Of a DNA stretch of 64,000 nt, positions 1-12,600 are shown piece by piece. Position 1 is the first letter of the stretch, and each line of letters starts with the position of its first letter. The notes under the pieces are model-generated. The model was not told where the DNA came from and did no database searches. It saw only the letters and a list, made by a program, of their open reading frames with translations. The position numbers and the translations under genes are program-made. Origin of the DNA: Macrostomum lignano (Eukaryota); contig NIVC01002026.1 in the NCBI GenBank assembly GCA_002269645.1, forward strand, positions 1-64,000, in the 5' to 3' direction.

Positions 1-199
1 CTGGCCTCAGTTGATCGCTAGATCAGGATCCTTGATTCTTTTGCAATTCTGGTCCTGGTTCTTCTTGTACTGCCGATGAAGTGTTTCCGGCCGGTATCTG
101 CAGTCAGGACCAATCGGAGGCCTCGTATCAACAATGGTACCCTGCGCCAAACTGCGGTTTCGCTTAAGCCTTCTCCCTCTAGCAGTGCCTCAATGCACT

Positions 200-619
200 C
201 TAGCTATTGCTCCGGTAATCGCTGATAGTTCTTCTAAGAACAGGCGAAACAGGATTCTGCATCAATGTCGACAGGTTCAGCCTGTCCATTGCCATGGTAA
301 CTAACAGGCACTGTAGCCTGGAATCCGGGGCTAGTTTTATCCTGAATGGTGACATCATTATATTGGCGCATTTGATTTCAAACAAATCGCCGCTGGTGTC
401 CATTGGGATCATGACGTCATCAGTTACTGGATCGATTGCGTCATTCTCCTGATCAGATTTTGAAGTGGCCGCATCGGCGGAGGCTGCGGTGGCTGCCGCT
501 GCGTGTCCTTCGCTTCTTTCTGAAAGCCGTCGCTTTTTATGCAGCTCTTTGGTCAATTGCCCGAGCTGAGCGGCCAGAGCGTCTTTGGCTGCTGCCGCTG
601 CTGCCACAGGTGTTGGCAC
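200..619 (-). other. Unassigned ORF or possible exon (139 aa, Ala-rich, coiled-coil-like start)
   Basis: Open frame with a possible acceptor (..AATAAG|TG) at its 5' end. No recognisable motif; could be a TE remnant. Confidence 0.2.
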
Positions 620-1490
620 TTATTTAGCAGTGGAAAAATTTCTTGAGAATTTCTTTTCTCGCTTGTCAATTTGTGTACTGAACACAAAAACAGTATTTTT
701 ATTAAATTATCAAATCTTACCCATGGGGAAAAATAGCGTGGTCTTTCTACTGTTAACTGGTTAGTGCAGATGCAGGAATGTTTTTATCAAATATATTATA
801 TGCTACTTAAAGTAGGCAAAATGAGCGACTGGAGATTTTCATAAAAAATTCTTTTCTGCTAAAAGTAAGTAACTGAAAGCAAATTGCAGAAATCCTGATT
901 TACCCTTGCCCATTTGCAGGAGTCACCACCAAAAACTAATATTTTGAGTAGCCGATCCATTAGATCGATTTGCTTCCGCTAATCCCCAAGGCACCTGCAA
1001 CAGATTCTAGTCGATGTGTCTGAAGAGATTCAATTAAACCTGAAGAGATTATCCCCTTTTTGCAGAGTTTTATCCTCGGAGGGCAGAACTAACGGAATTT
1101 AAGCGGTATTATTTCAGCTAAAACTCGTATGTAATTTAAATTTCGATAGCTTGCTCAAATGAGGACGAGCTGATGATCCGTGCTTGCACTGGCAGGACCC
1201 TGAGGCGCACTCTAACTCCGACTGAAATCCGATCAGAATAGTTGCCATGGAAACGGAACAATCTACATTAGATGGACATGGTAATGCAAAAGGTTTTGAC
1301 TGTAATGCAGCTTTATTGTCGATCAATGATTGACAAGAGGTTGTTATGCTTGTACAGCAGTGAGACTCCTACCCGTTCGTCTCTTTTAAACCGTTTCATG
1401 TTTCCATCAAAGCGCTTAGTGGCTGCATTTCTGATCCCGAAAAGTTGTTTTTTTTTCCCAAAGCCGGCCTATATGTAGCTAGATCCCATG

Positions 1491-3055
1491 CAGGGGCGTC
1501 GCCACCTGGGGGTACAGGGGGGATCTGTCTCCCCCCCTCCCCAATAAAAGCTATAATTGGACATGCCAATACAATGTCTCCCCCGCCCAACCTTGGGATC
1601 CATTATGGAAATCAATAATTTTGCTTCAGGGCGCCAGTATATAGCGACTTCAGCGCTAAAATCAGTGCCTGCCTCTAGCGCCAAAATGAGTGCCTGCGGC
1701 GCCAAAATGAGTGCGTGCGGCGCCAAAATGAGTGCCTGCGGCGCCAAAATGAGTGCCTGCGGCGCCAAAATGAGTGCCTGCGGTGTCAAATTGAGTGCCT
1801 GTGGTGCCAAAATGCAGTGCAAAAATGAGTGCCTGCGGCGCCAAAATGAGTGCCTGTGGCGCCAAAATGAGTGCGTGCGGCGTTAAAATGAGTGCCTGCG
1901 GCGCCAAAATGAGTGCCTGCGGTGTCAAATTGAGTGCCTGTGGTGCCAAAATGCAGTGCCAAAATGAGTGCCTGCGGCGCCAAAATGAGTGCCTGCGGCG
2001 CCAAAATGAGTGCGTGCGGCGCCAAAATGAGTGCCTGCGGCGCCAAAATGAGTGCCTGCGGTGTCAAATTGAGTGCCTGTGGTGCCAAAATGCAGTGCCA
2101 AAATGAGTGCCTGCGGCGCCAAAATGAGTGCCTGCGGCGCCAAAATGAGTGCCTGCGGTGTCAAATTGAGTGCCTGTGGTGCCAAAATGCAGTGCCAAAA
2201 TGAGTGCCTGCGGCGCCAAAATGAGTGCCTGCGGCGCCAAAATGAGTGACTGTGGCGCCAAAATCAGTGACTGCCGTGCCAAAATGCAGTGCCAAAATGC
2301 AGTGCCAAAATGAGTGCTTGTAGAGCGAAAATGAGTGCCTGCGGCGCCAAAATGAGTGCCTGCGGCGCCAAAATGAGTGCCTGCGGCGCCAAAATGAGTG
2401 ACTGCGGTGCCAAAATGCAGTGCCAAAATGAGTGCTTGAAGAGCGAAAATGAGTGCGTGCGGCGCCAAAATGAGTGCCTGCGGCGCCAAAATGAGTGCCT
2501 GCGGCGCCAAATTGAGTGCCTGCGGTGCCAAAATGCAGTGCAAAAATGAGTGCTTGTAGAGAGAAAATGAGTGCCTGCGGCGCCAAAATGAGTACCTGCG
2601 GCGCCAAAATGAGTGCCTGCGGTGCCAAAATGCAGTGCCAAAATGAGTGCTTGTAGAGCGAAAATGAGTGCCTGCGGCGCCAAAATCAGAGCCTGCGGCG
2701 CCAAAATGAGTGCCTGCGGCGCCAAATTGAGTGCCTGCGGTGCCAAAATGCAGTGCAAAAATGAGTGCTTGTAGAGAGAAAATGAGTGCCTGCGGCGCCA
2801 AAATGAGTACCTGCGGCGCCAAAATGAGTGCCTGCGGTGCCAAAATGCAGTGCCAAAATGAGTGCTTGTAGAGCGAAAATGAGTGCCTGCGGCGCCAAAA
2901 TCAGAGCCTGCGGCGCCAAAATGAGTGTTTGCGGCGCCAAAATGAGTGTTTGCGGCGCCAAAATGAGTGCTATTACAACACCAATTCTCAAACATTGTGC
3001 ATGTAAAATTTTTGGCTTTGTCCCCTCCCACCATAAAATCCATGACGTGCCCCTG
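1491..3055. mobile_element. Non-autonomous hAT-type DNA element carrying a 21-bp minisatellite
   Basis: 8-bp TSD ATCCCATG at 1483-1490 and 3056-3063. Termini CAGGGGC(GTC) ... (GACGT)GCCCCTG. 8-bp TSDs and CAGGG ends are typical of hAT. Confidence 0.8.
1675..2970. repeat. 21-bp tandem repeat (GCGCCAAAATGAGTGCCTGCG), about 60 units with variants
   Basis: Seen directly; the ORF track shows 7-aa periodicity (SACGAKM). Confidence 0.97.
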
Positions 3056-3823
3056 ATCCCATGCATTGCTTTGCTTGCCTTGCATATAAGATAGCCAACT
3101 TTATTTAACAAATTTACCGCTAAACTAATTCATATTTGCTCAGTCCTCATCTCTGTTATCCAAGCATGTTTTACTTGCTCGATCAAGTCCTATCGCCATT
3201 ACGTGCACTTTAACAGCCGCTTAACTACCAGTCCCAGCCTCTCTCTCGTTGTCATTCATCCTGTTAGCCAAGCTCGCAGAACACTCCAACTCCCAATTTC
3301 CTATAGTCGCCCCCCCTTCCACGTCAATCGGTTTCCACCGATTTCAAGCCTGTTAGCTCGTAAAAGTCCTCTCTGACCCTCCCCGCATCGCTAGCCAGCC
3401 TGAGCTGCAGTGGGGTTGGCAGGCAGGACCATGCAGTCTGCTTTGGCTTGGGGAGAGACGTAGACCAATGCTTGTGTTTCTCCTATGATGTGACTGGGCT
3501 ATGCTGTACGCTCAGGTGAGAGAAACCCGACCCGTAGCATAACTATTAGTTGCTAGAGTGCCCCACCTCCCCTCTGTCTGAAGCCAATCTCCGGCTCTCT
3601 CATTTCCTATTCTTCGTTCCATCTCTTCCCCCCCCGCAATGTCTCAAACTACCTCCACCCCGAACGTCGCCATTCGTTCGCCATACATCTGTTTCTTTCA
3701 AATGAAGCTAGATATAGCTACCACAGCTCCCAATTTTGGCTATGCAATTAAAAGAAACAATGCCGTATTTTGGAATAAATTTTTCACGAAATCAGTAGGT
3801 ATTCTAGTAGCGCCGGACAACAA

Positions 3824-5214
3824 ATGACTTCAGTGAGTCCAAGCATCACAGCAGAGCAACTGTCTAGCCAATTACGCCAGCTGAGCAAATGGCTTGCTCA
3901 GTGCAAACTGCTCACTAGGTACATAAGCAGTAGTCTGCAAAGCGGATCTGAAGCCAACATTCGAGGCGCTTCTCAACAGGTGAATGAGAAAATGTCTCCA
4001 AATGGTAACCATGTCTTGTATCTCTTTATGCTGGGAGGCTGCAAGCATGGACTACTCAATGACTAGGACGGGAAACTGCAAGAATTGGAGGCCGATTTAT
4101 TAATAACTTAGTCCTCGGAAAAGTCTAGTTTCAATAGGTTTCTACCACAGACGCAAAGTCACTGACTACAAGGTAAAACCTATCTACGCTCGTAAGTAAT
4201 GCTTTTCGAGGACTAAGCTATTATTAAAAGATCAGCCTCCAACTTCTGTAGGTAGTTTCCCGTCCGGAGTATTGAGAAGTCCCTGGCTGCAAGATTGTCA
4301 CTAGAGAGCTGGGGCCAACGCAGGCCAACCCCCCTAAGGCACACAGAGATTAGAATGTCAGGTCCGCTGTACATAATGTGTGAGCGTGTGTATGAGTGCA
4401 CGCGTGCCTGCGTACAGTATTAGCGCATTTGGATGTGCTCAGAAGTCTGTGAAATGTCAGTAAATCTTGACGCAGTGAAAGCGCACTACCTTATATCCTA
4501 CAACACGCGTTAGGATACAGTTCACATAAATTTTAGCAACTTTAATTCACTGAACAGGTGGCAGAGGTCTGGTCTCGCCTGCTCGCAGCCCTGAATGTCA
4601 CAGCGGACAATGCCCTGCCAACAGTGCAAGCCCAGCAGCAGCTGCAGCAGCGCCGGGCTCAAAGCAGCGATGCCGATGGAGATGGCGAGTCGTCCGCTTG
4701 GCGCGACTGGGAGGCGAGATTTGCAACTCTGCTGCAGCTGGCCGAGTCCACTGGAGACAACATGCAGCGAGCTCTCGCACTGATGGAGCTGGGGCCTAAA
4801 AGGCCTGTTCAGACTGGTCTCGGACCAGCTGATCGAAGGTTCTTCAACGTGACGATGAGCGGCAATGCTGCAAAGCAGAGATGCGCCATCGCTGCTGCAG
4901 CCCTGCCCGGTGAAGTCACACCTGCTGACGAGCCAGCAAGCTCGGGAGCTTCTGCCACTGCCGACCCGTCCGAAGCGATAGCTCGACAGCTTCGTCGAGA
5001 CGTTCAAGCCTGCCGACGACTGGTGGACAGACTGCAGTCCGGAGTTCGAGTCGCGCATTGGACAGTTCAGCACGACTGCGATCTGGATTCGATCGCGAGA
5101 GAGAATGGAGAGCTGGACGATGATGACGACTGGGAGACTTTGGTTCTCGCTAATGAATCTGCCGCTGCTTCTGCTGGAGGCAAAGCCAAATCCTGTCTGT
5201 GCATACCTTGCTAG
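3824..5214 (+). CDS. Uncharacterised two-exon protein, about 270 aa
   Basis: Exon 1 3824-3979 (MTSVSPS..ASQQ, donor CAG|GTGAAT, phase 0) joins exon 2 4558-5214 (acceptor AACAG|GTG) in frame. GC-rich coding-like composition, predicted helices, ends CLCIPC*. Confidence 0.6.
4320..4416 (+). mobile_element. Fragment related to the SINE at 6230-6589
   Basis: Shares GCCAACCCC..AAGGC and CCGCTGTACA..TGTGTGAG.GTGTG..TGCCTGCGTAC blocks with the SINE body. Confidence 0.4.
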
Positions 5215-6229
5215 CGTTGTATGCACACAGTATTGCAGAATTGAAGTAGTGCGCATGGTTTTCTGTAACTGCTCCGATGATAAACTAGACATTGAACGTC
5301 TCTTTTGACATTGCAGAAGTTTCGTTGTCTAAAAGATGCACCTAATCCTAAAAAATGCGCCTAATTGTCTGCAGAGATTTTACAAGCGAATACACTATAT
5401 CCCAATTCGTAAAATTTCCTCTTTCGTTTGCTGTGTCTTCTATGCCTAAACAGGCATTGAGAAATGCTTTGTTCTAAATGTAAATGAAACGTTTCTCAAA
5501 TGCGAAGACCACTGCGACTATATTTTTATATGACGTAAGTACAATACATTCCATGAGAAGTTAAGCTGTGTTAAGAATACTCTTAGTTAATAACCCAATT
5601 CGTTGCAAGATTGATTTACTTTTCCTCAATACATTCAGACAGAGCAGGAGTACTGCATGTACCGGTATGGGAAATATGTGGCTCGTGTATCAGACTCCGA
5701 ATAAGCAAAAAAATCCGAAGAAGCATTCGTGCAGTTTTCTGTCGATATTGGTCGAGAATGTTGATTGAGATATGCGTCGAAGAAAACTGAAAACCGTAGA
5801 GATCTCTGCCTTGCTCTAAACTCGGAGGCTTTTCCCTGGCCTACCCCAATCTGCTACCTCCTGAGTACACGCAGCCTACCATCCCGGATGCAGATGCTTC
5901 TCTTACCAGTCTTTTGTTCCCCTTTTTCTGCAGAGTTATCGATTGTTCTGCATTCTCCATGACTGGTTGCTATATCTGTTCTGTTTAACTTACACCCTTA
6001 TCCATCCTTGCCATTGTCTAGCATTGCAGATTTATTCAAATATTCATGCCTCTGCTAGACCATGAGTACAATTGGCGTAGCATAGCAACCCAGGATATCA
6101 ATTTTCAGCTGTACAGAAAATGCACTTTTCAACCACGCCAAGTTTGGACTGAGTTTGAAATAATTTGTTTCGGCATCGTATGGATTATTACGCTGCCTCA
6201 CCCCGCGTAGTTGTGAAATGATGTTATTT

Positions 6230-6589
6230 ATTTTTTTATTAGAGGCAGGGGGTTGTGTGCACCCTGGCGCACTTTAAGCTCTACATGGGCACACAACCGG
6301 CGAGAGGCATTACTGCCCATTCCGCCGACTCCCCTGAGCAGGCATACAAGCGCGCGGATACGTACGCAGGCACACACTCACACAGGAGTGTACAGCGGCC
6401 CTAACTTTATATTATCGTTAGGCATGTACACTTCACTGCGCCTTGGGGGGTTGGCTCTCAAGGCCGTTAATTGCACGAGCAGAGCCAAGCCGAGATTCCA
6501 ATTCAGCCCCAAATTAATGTGGCTACACTTGGAATCGAGCCTGGGTCGCTTGCACCAGAGCAGCTGCTACCGCTGGGCTACGGCCCCCC
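6230..6589 (-). mobile_element. Full-length tRNA-derived SINE
   Basis: 18-bp TSD TGTGAAATGATGTTATTT at 6212-6229 and 6590-6607. Minus-strand 5' end GGGGGCCG-TAGCCCAGCGG (A box) ... GGCTCGATTCC (B box). A-rich tail at 6230-6240. Confidence 0.85.
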
Positions 6590-7030
6590 TGTGAAATGAT
6601 GTTATTTGGATCATCAAAACGAGAGATGTAATAAAAAATACGAACGAAATACTACTTTTGGGACAGCCCTCCTATTTACTCAGTGACTACTAAATACTCT
6701 TTACTAAGTATTACTAAGTAAGTAAATCTAAATACTAAATGTTATTAAGTGTATGTGCGTATCTATCTCTGTGAAAGATCATCTACCGGAGTACAAAAAA
6801 TGTCCCGCGCAACTACTGAACTTTGACTTTTATCAGCGGAGTAGTCAGCTCAGAAACCTTTTTCCATTCATACGAAATCTTCAGTCTATGGTCCGTGTCT
6901 ATGGCCTGCGAATTAAGTACGAAGCTAGCGTGTTAGCAGAGAATTTCTCTTCACGTTTCCCTAAGTAGTTCCCCGCACCGCAGGCACTATAGCATTCAAT
7001 ATTTCAGCCAAGGCAATATAAGCCTGCACA

Positions 7031-10000
7031 ATGGTAAACCACCAGGCGGATGCATCAGTCGACAGAATCAGGGAAGTCAGACGAAAACTTGTCCAGGACC
7101 TACTCAATGGCATTGAGCCTGATCCCAGAGCGTTAGACCCGACAGCGGATATTGAAGACAACCGTCAATTCAGCTCGCCAATTCTGCAAAAGCTGTACAC
7201 CACGGTGGAGCAATTCGGTGCTAGGAGCACCATACACGGTTTGCAGCACATCTTCCATTCCAGGGAGCTGACTCGCCGGATATTCTGGCTGGTTCTGATG
7301 CTGGTCGCATTGTGTCTGGGCCTGGCGCACATGCACGCTACTGCGATGGAATTTCTAAGCAATCCACTGACTTCCCAGCTGAAACTAATGAGCGAGCAGG
7401 TGAAATTTCCAGACATCACTTTGTGCAACTTGAAGCCAGCCTCCGAGTCGATGTCTCTGGCTCCGGAGTTTCGCCAGTACATCCGCGATAAATGGGGCTA
7501 CTTCGACAATTGGTACGTCGAAGAGAGGAAACGAAGAGGGAACGAGAGCAAAGTGAACTTTTATGAACGAGCGCGGCTTGTGTTCGGCCGGCTGTTCCAG
7601 ATCCTGTGGGTCTCTGGTGACTCGCGCGATATCGGAGTCCTGGACGTCACCCTTCTTCTGGATTGCTCCTACAACAGCATGAAATGTCACCAAAAAAACT
7701 TCAGTCTGAGGCAGAATTATCGCTTTTGGAATTGTTACACGTTCTTCGTGCACAAGGACAACTTGGTCACGGGAAAGGGCGGCAAGGGGGCCGAACTTGA
7801 CTTGGTGCTGTTCACTGACAACCACAACACCGTACGACTTGAGGATTTGGACGGCAGCGCTAGGCAGAAAAATCTCAGCACTGGAATCTATAAGAGAAGT
7901 CGGCAGATGGAAGAGCAGGTTAATTTTATTAATTTATTTAACCTCAGAGGTGTTGCTTTCCTTTGTGGAGGCAACAAAGAGGGAATAAATTTAGAAATAA
8001 AGATACTCCATATGAAACGGGCCTTAAACCAGTGCATCTCTGAAACCAATCCTTAAGCCATGGCTTAACTATAGAGCCTTAAACTAGCTCTTCCATTGAT
8101 TCTTTGCATGTGAGCAACGCCCACTAAGACCCTTTGCATCTGAGCAGTTTTCCATGAGCCTGAAGTAAACTTCTTTTTTGGTGCAGCAACATGCCCAATA
8201 AAGTTCAAGTTCAAATGCAACTTTGGTTAATCAAAAAAGCATGGTGCTATGTTGTTAACTCTTATACAGGAACCGATATCACTGAAAGAATTGCTCAACG
8301 AGGCCACAGGACTCAACCACCTGCTCACTGAAGGCAGCTACGAACCCGGCGGATTTCGCGTCTTTATCCACGAGAGGAAGCTGTACCCGATGCTCAGTGA
8401 GTAGTTTTTGACGGTTGAACTACATTCGACCCTCCATTGACTGGGGGTTGCCGCTTGCCGCACACATGCGCACACACACACACACACACCCACCAATTAC
8501 ACCAACTAAACCTAACAAGGCTTTCGCACCAGGTGCGCCAAAAACAGGGGCGCCAGAACCACGTGCGCCAAAGCGGGCGCACTACAATGGACTTAAAACC
8601 ATCCAGACGCTTACCAAATCCAATGCAGGTCGCGAATTCGTGGACGTGCAGTCAGGGACCAAATCAATAATTAAATTGCGACCCTTGCAGCATTCGCTGC
8701 TCTCCAGCGCCGCGCACCAGTGCACACCGAGAAGCGCCGCAGAAAATGTGTCTTACGTCCGTTACTTTGCTCACGGATCCAAGCATATTGGACACAAAAA
8801 ATATCAGAAAACTGATAGCGACTTTGTGGCTGAAGAGAAACAGAATCTCGTGCATGAAAACTGCGGCTGCTATTCTCACAGGTGGGCGTTATGCTAAGTG
8901 GTATGACATAATGATAAGCGTACTTACGATTAACAAACTGTTCTATTAATGTCACTCTGTCCGAATGTCACTCTGTCCGAATGTCACTCTGTCCGAATGT
9001 CACTCTGTCCGAATGTCACTCTGTCCGAATGTCACTCTGTCCGAATGTCACTCTGTCCGAATGTCACTCTGTCCGAATGTCACTCTGTCCGAATGTCACT
9101 CTGTCCGAATGTCACTCTGTCCGAATGTCACTCTGTCCGAATGTCACTCTGTCCGAATGTCACTCTGTCCGAATGTCACTCTGTCCGAATGTCACTCTGT
9201 CCGAATGTCACTCTGTCCGAATGTCACTCTGTCCGAATGTCACTCTGTCCGAATGTCACTCTGTCCGAATGTCACTCTGTCCGAATGTCACTCTGTCCGA
9301 ATGTCACTCTGTCCGAATGTCACTCTGTCCGAATGTCACTCTGTCCGAATGTCACTCTGTCTGAATGTCACTCTGTCCGAATGTCACTCTGTCCGAATGT
9401 CACTCTGTCCGAATGTCACTCTGTCCGAATACCACTATGTCCGAATGTCATCGTATCAGGTTGAAGTCACTTTTGGCCACAAATTTCAGGTACCCATTCA
9501 CAGTAGACAACAGTGAGCTGTGCTACTATGTGCCACCATCCAGCTGGAAGACTCCTCCTGAGCAGGTGCTCAGGAAAATCCGATGTCACGATCGCTGGAT
9601 CCTAGACGCCGAGAAGCGAACTTACGAGCTGATGCAGAAATTTCATTCGAAAAGATTCTGCGAGTTCACTCTGTACCGACCCTTGGAGCAGAGCAGCTCG
9701 TGGCCTCGTTTTGAGCACGTTCAAGACATTTGGACGGATTTCATCGCCCCGAAAATTGCCTCTGGCAAAGAGTTCACGATGGAATGCGGGCACAATCACC
9801 ACATCTTTAACAGGACCGAAACTGCAGCCTTTAATCGGTAGGGATTTGAGTTGGCCTTGGGACATTGGGGAATGATGAATAAAGATATCAGACATCGGGG
9901 AATGAGGAATATATTAATTAAAAATTGGTGAATGATGAATATGTTAATCAGAAATTGATGAGTGATAAAGGTTGATATCAGAAATTGGTAAATAATGATT

Positions 10001-11363
10001 ATAGAAATCAGGCATTGGTGAATGGTGAATATAGAAAAAAAATTGGTGAATGATGAATATAGAAATTAGAAAATTCAGTTAATGATAAAGATTGTAATCA
10101 GAAGTTTGTGAATAATGAATATAGATATCAGAATTATGTGAATGATGATTGCAGAAATCAGGCATTAGTGAATGATGAAGATTTCAATCAGAAATTGGTG
10201 AATGATAAAGATTGTGATTGTAAGCAGAAATCAGTGAATGATGAATATAGATATAACAAATAGGTGAATGATGAATGTAGATCTCAGAATTTGGTGAATG
10301 AGGAATATATTAATTAAAATTTGGTGAATGATGAATATATTAATCAAAAATTGGTGAATGATAAAGATTTTAATCAGAAATTGATGAGTGATGAAGACTG
10401 ATATCAGAAATTGGTAAATAATGATTATAGAAATCAGGCATTGGTGAATGGTGAATGTAAAAAAAACTGGTGAATGATGAATATAGAAATTAGAAATTGG
10501 TAAATGATGAATATAGAAATTAGAAATTGGTGAATGATGAATATAGAAATTAGAAATTGGTGAATGATGAATATAGAAATTAGAAATCGGTGAATGATGA
10601 AGATTGTAATTAGAAATTGGTGAATGATGAACACACAGCAACCACTCCCAACCATCAGGTCCACTAGTCGCCAGGAGCTGGTGTACTACCCTCTACTTCT
10701 CACTGACCAGCTCTGCCTTGAGCAGTTCTGCAACGGAACGGACACCTCCTGCGACCTGAACCTGCTTCGGCGCCTCTATCCCACCGCCACCAATTGCCTT
10801 CAGAAGGCTGTCATGACCAAAAATATGGCACTAATTGGAATACACCTACTCTCGTCTGCTGCTGACTCCTACGTGGAATCTGTCAGCTATGAGTGGACCG
10901 AGGCCCTGTCCGAGGTCAAGATGCGTCTCTTGACTTTGAAAATCCGCCCTCCCACCATCAAAATTCACCCTCCGACAATCAAAATCCGCCCTCCCACCAC
11001 CGAAATCCGCCCTTCAACCATCAAAATTCATTTCTTCACAATCAAACCCCACCCTCCCACCATCAAAATCCGCAATTCCACCATCAAAATTCGCTATCTG
11101 ACAATCAAAATCCGCCCTTTAACCATCAAAATCCACCCTCCCGTTATCAAAACCTGCCCTGTAACTATCAGCATCCGCTCTGCCACTATCGAATCCGCCC
11201 TCTTGTAATCAAAATCCGCCCAACCAAAATCCAGACGGGCGGCATCCTGGGCCTGTGGCTGGGCATCAGTCTGCTCTCTGTGCTGGAGATTTTCGAATTT
11301 TTCTACGTTCTAGCCAGAAACTGCTTCGACCAGCGGCTGGCGCTGCGCAATCGCGATGCTTAA
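7031..11363 (+). CDS. DEG/ENaC (amiloride-sensitive Na+ channel family) subunit, 666 aa, 6 exons
   Basis: Exons 7031-7918, 8270-8396, 8629-8881, 9490-9837, 10659-10914 and 11235-11363 sum to 2001 nt in frame with GT-AG introns. Motifs: STIHG before TM1, FPDITLCN, NCYTF, GFRVFIHE, CGC, and TM2 LSETGGILGLWLGISLLSVLE with a G-x-S filter. Confidence 0.93.
8948..9445. repeat. 16-bp tandem repeat (AATGTCACTCTGTCCG), about 30 copies, ENaC intron 3
   Basis: Seen directly; near-perfect. Confidence 0.98.
9862..10632. repeat. Degenerate AT-rich, about 30-bp tandem repeat (GGTGAATGATGAATATAGAAATTAGAAATT), ENaC intron 4
   Basis: Seen directly. Confidence 0.9.
10935..11230. repeat. Degenerate 21-bp repeat (CCACCATCAAAATCCGCCCTC), ENaC intron 5
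   Basis: Seen directly; ORF periodicity PPTIKIR. Confidence 0.85.
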
Positions 11364-12600
11364 TTGGGTGGATTCTTGACATTTTTACTTGATTTTTTAA
11401 CGTAGTCAACGTAGCTTATTTTGCTCAAAGAAATTCAGACACTGTGAATGCTTGCTTGGACTGAAAGCAGCAGACGGCAGTCGCTCGAAATAGAGTATCT
11501 CAATCCTTCAAAACGATTTTCCAAATATGCAACCACGACTTCACGATTTTGTGACGAAAAAAAATAGATTAAGGCGCGTAGTATTTAAATAAATAGTTCG
11601 ATTTCATTATATATACGATAGTTATTGTCGAGGGGAAAATAAAGCAACAACTTGGAGCTTAAACTCAGCAACATCGAAAAATCGCCATCACAGAGGATTC
11701 CGTCTGTTGTCGCCACTTTTGAGAGTGCAGGTGAAGTCTCTCAGTCTTTGCGAGTGACGCAACTCAGCTACGCCATGCGACAGACTTGGGTTGAGGAATG
11801 AAGTGGGGCCGTTGGGGGGGAGCGGTGTGCGAGGATTGGACGGATTAAAACTACCCGGATATCAGTTTTCAAGTATCTTTTTTCAGAATAGTCCAAGAGA
11901 AATTGCTCACTGGCGCATAGAGTGGCGACTTTTCAATGTTGCCGAGTATAAATGCCTTGATAGGCTTCAGTGTTCGCAGAAGAAGGGTAGCACAGCAATC
12001 GTAATACCGACTTGATTAAAGCGAATTATCAGGCAGTCTGGGGACTGTAGCTTTTACAAGAAAGTTAGGGATCGTGGTAGACAGCACACAAAAAAGTAAA
12101 ACAAGCAATTTCCTCGCGTTCAATCACAAGCGTACTATACACATTTTTAAAATGCGTTTAGTATAGCAATAATAATCATAATAGAAATGCAATAACGATA
12201 CGGATACAAAAGATTGACGGAATGACGTCGACACAGTCACATTTCTTTTTAAAGAGATTTATCAAGTGCGGTATGTTTACTTAAGCCGAATGTGGCGTAG
12301 CCTACATGCTGTACTTAAAAATAGAATCTAATTAAACAAACAAAATACGAACAAAAATACAATGGTCTCAGTTTTAAAACATACGAGCGTATAGCAAAAA
12401 TCAACATGAGCAGCCAAAGATATTCAAACAAAATACGGACAGCACAGCATAAATTTAGTATCAAAGCATATCACTTAAAACATGCAGCATGCACTACTAG
12501 CAGTGCATCAAGTCTAACCAGTTTAAGCAGCTTGAGTTTCTTGTCTTTGCATGGTCTGCGACAGTCTGCATCAGAAATTTCAAAGCTTCCAACTGACCAT

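Noticed and set aside
1557-3111. Many overlapping ORFs (SACGAKM, APQALIL, HFGAAGT repeats)
   Set aside because: They are translations of a stop-free 21-bp minisatellite inside a TSD-flanked element.
3300-3640. GC-rich structured segment that might be a retroelement UTR or ribozyme
   Set aside because: No complete hammerhead or HDV pairing could be built by eye, and there is no ORF or TSD support.
8949-9464. Cys-rich repeat ORFs resembling zinc-finger or metallothionein proteins
   Set aside because: 16-bp intronic repeat open in all three frames; the real exon starts at 9490.
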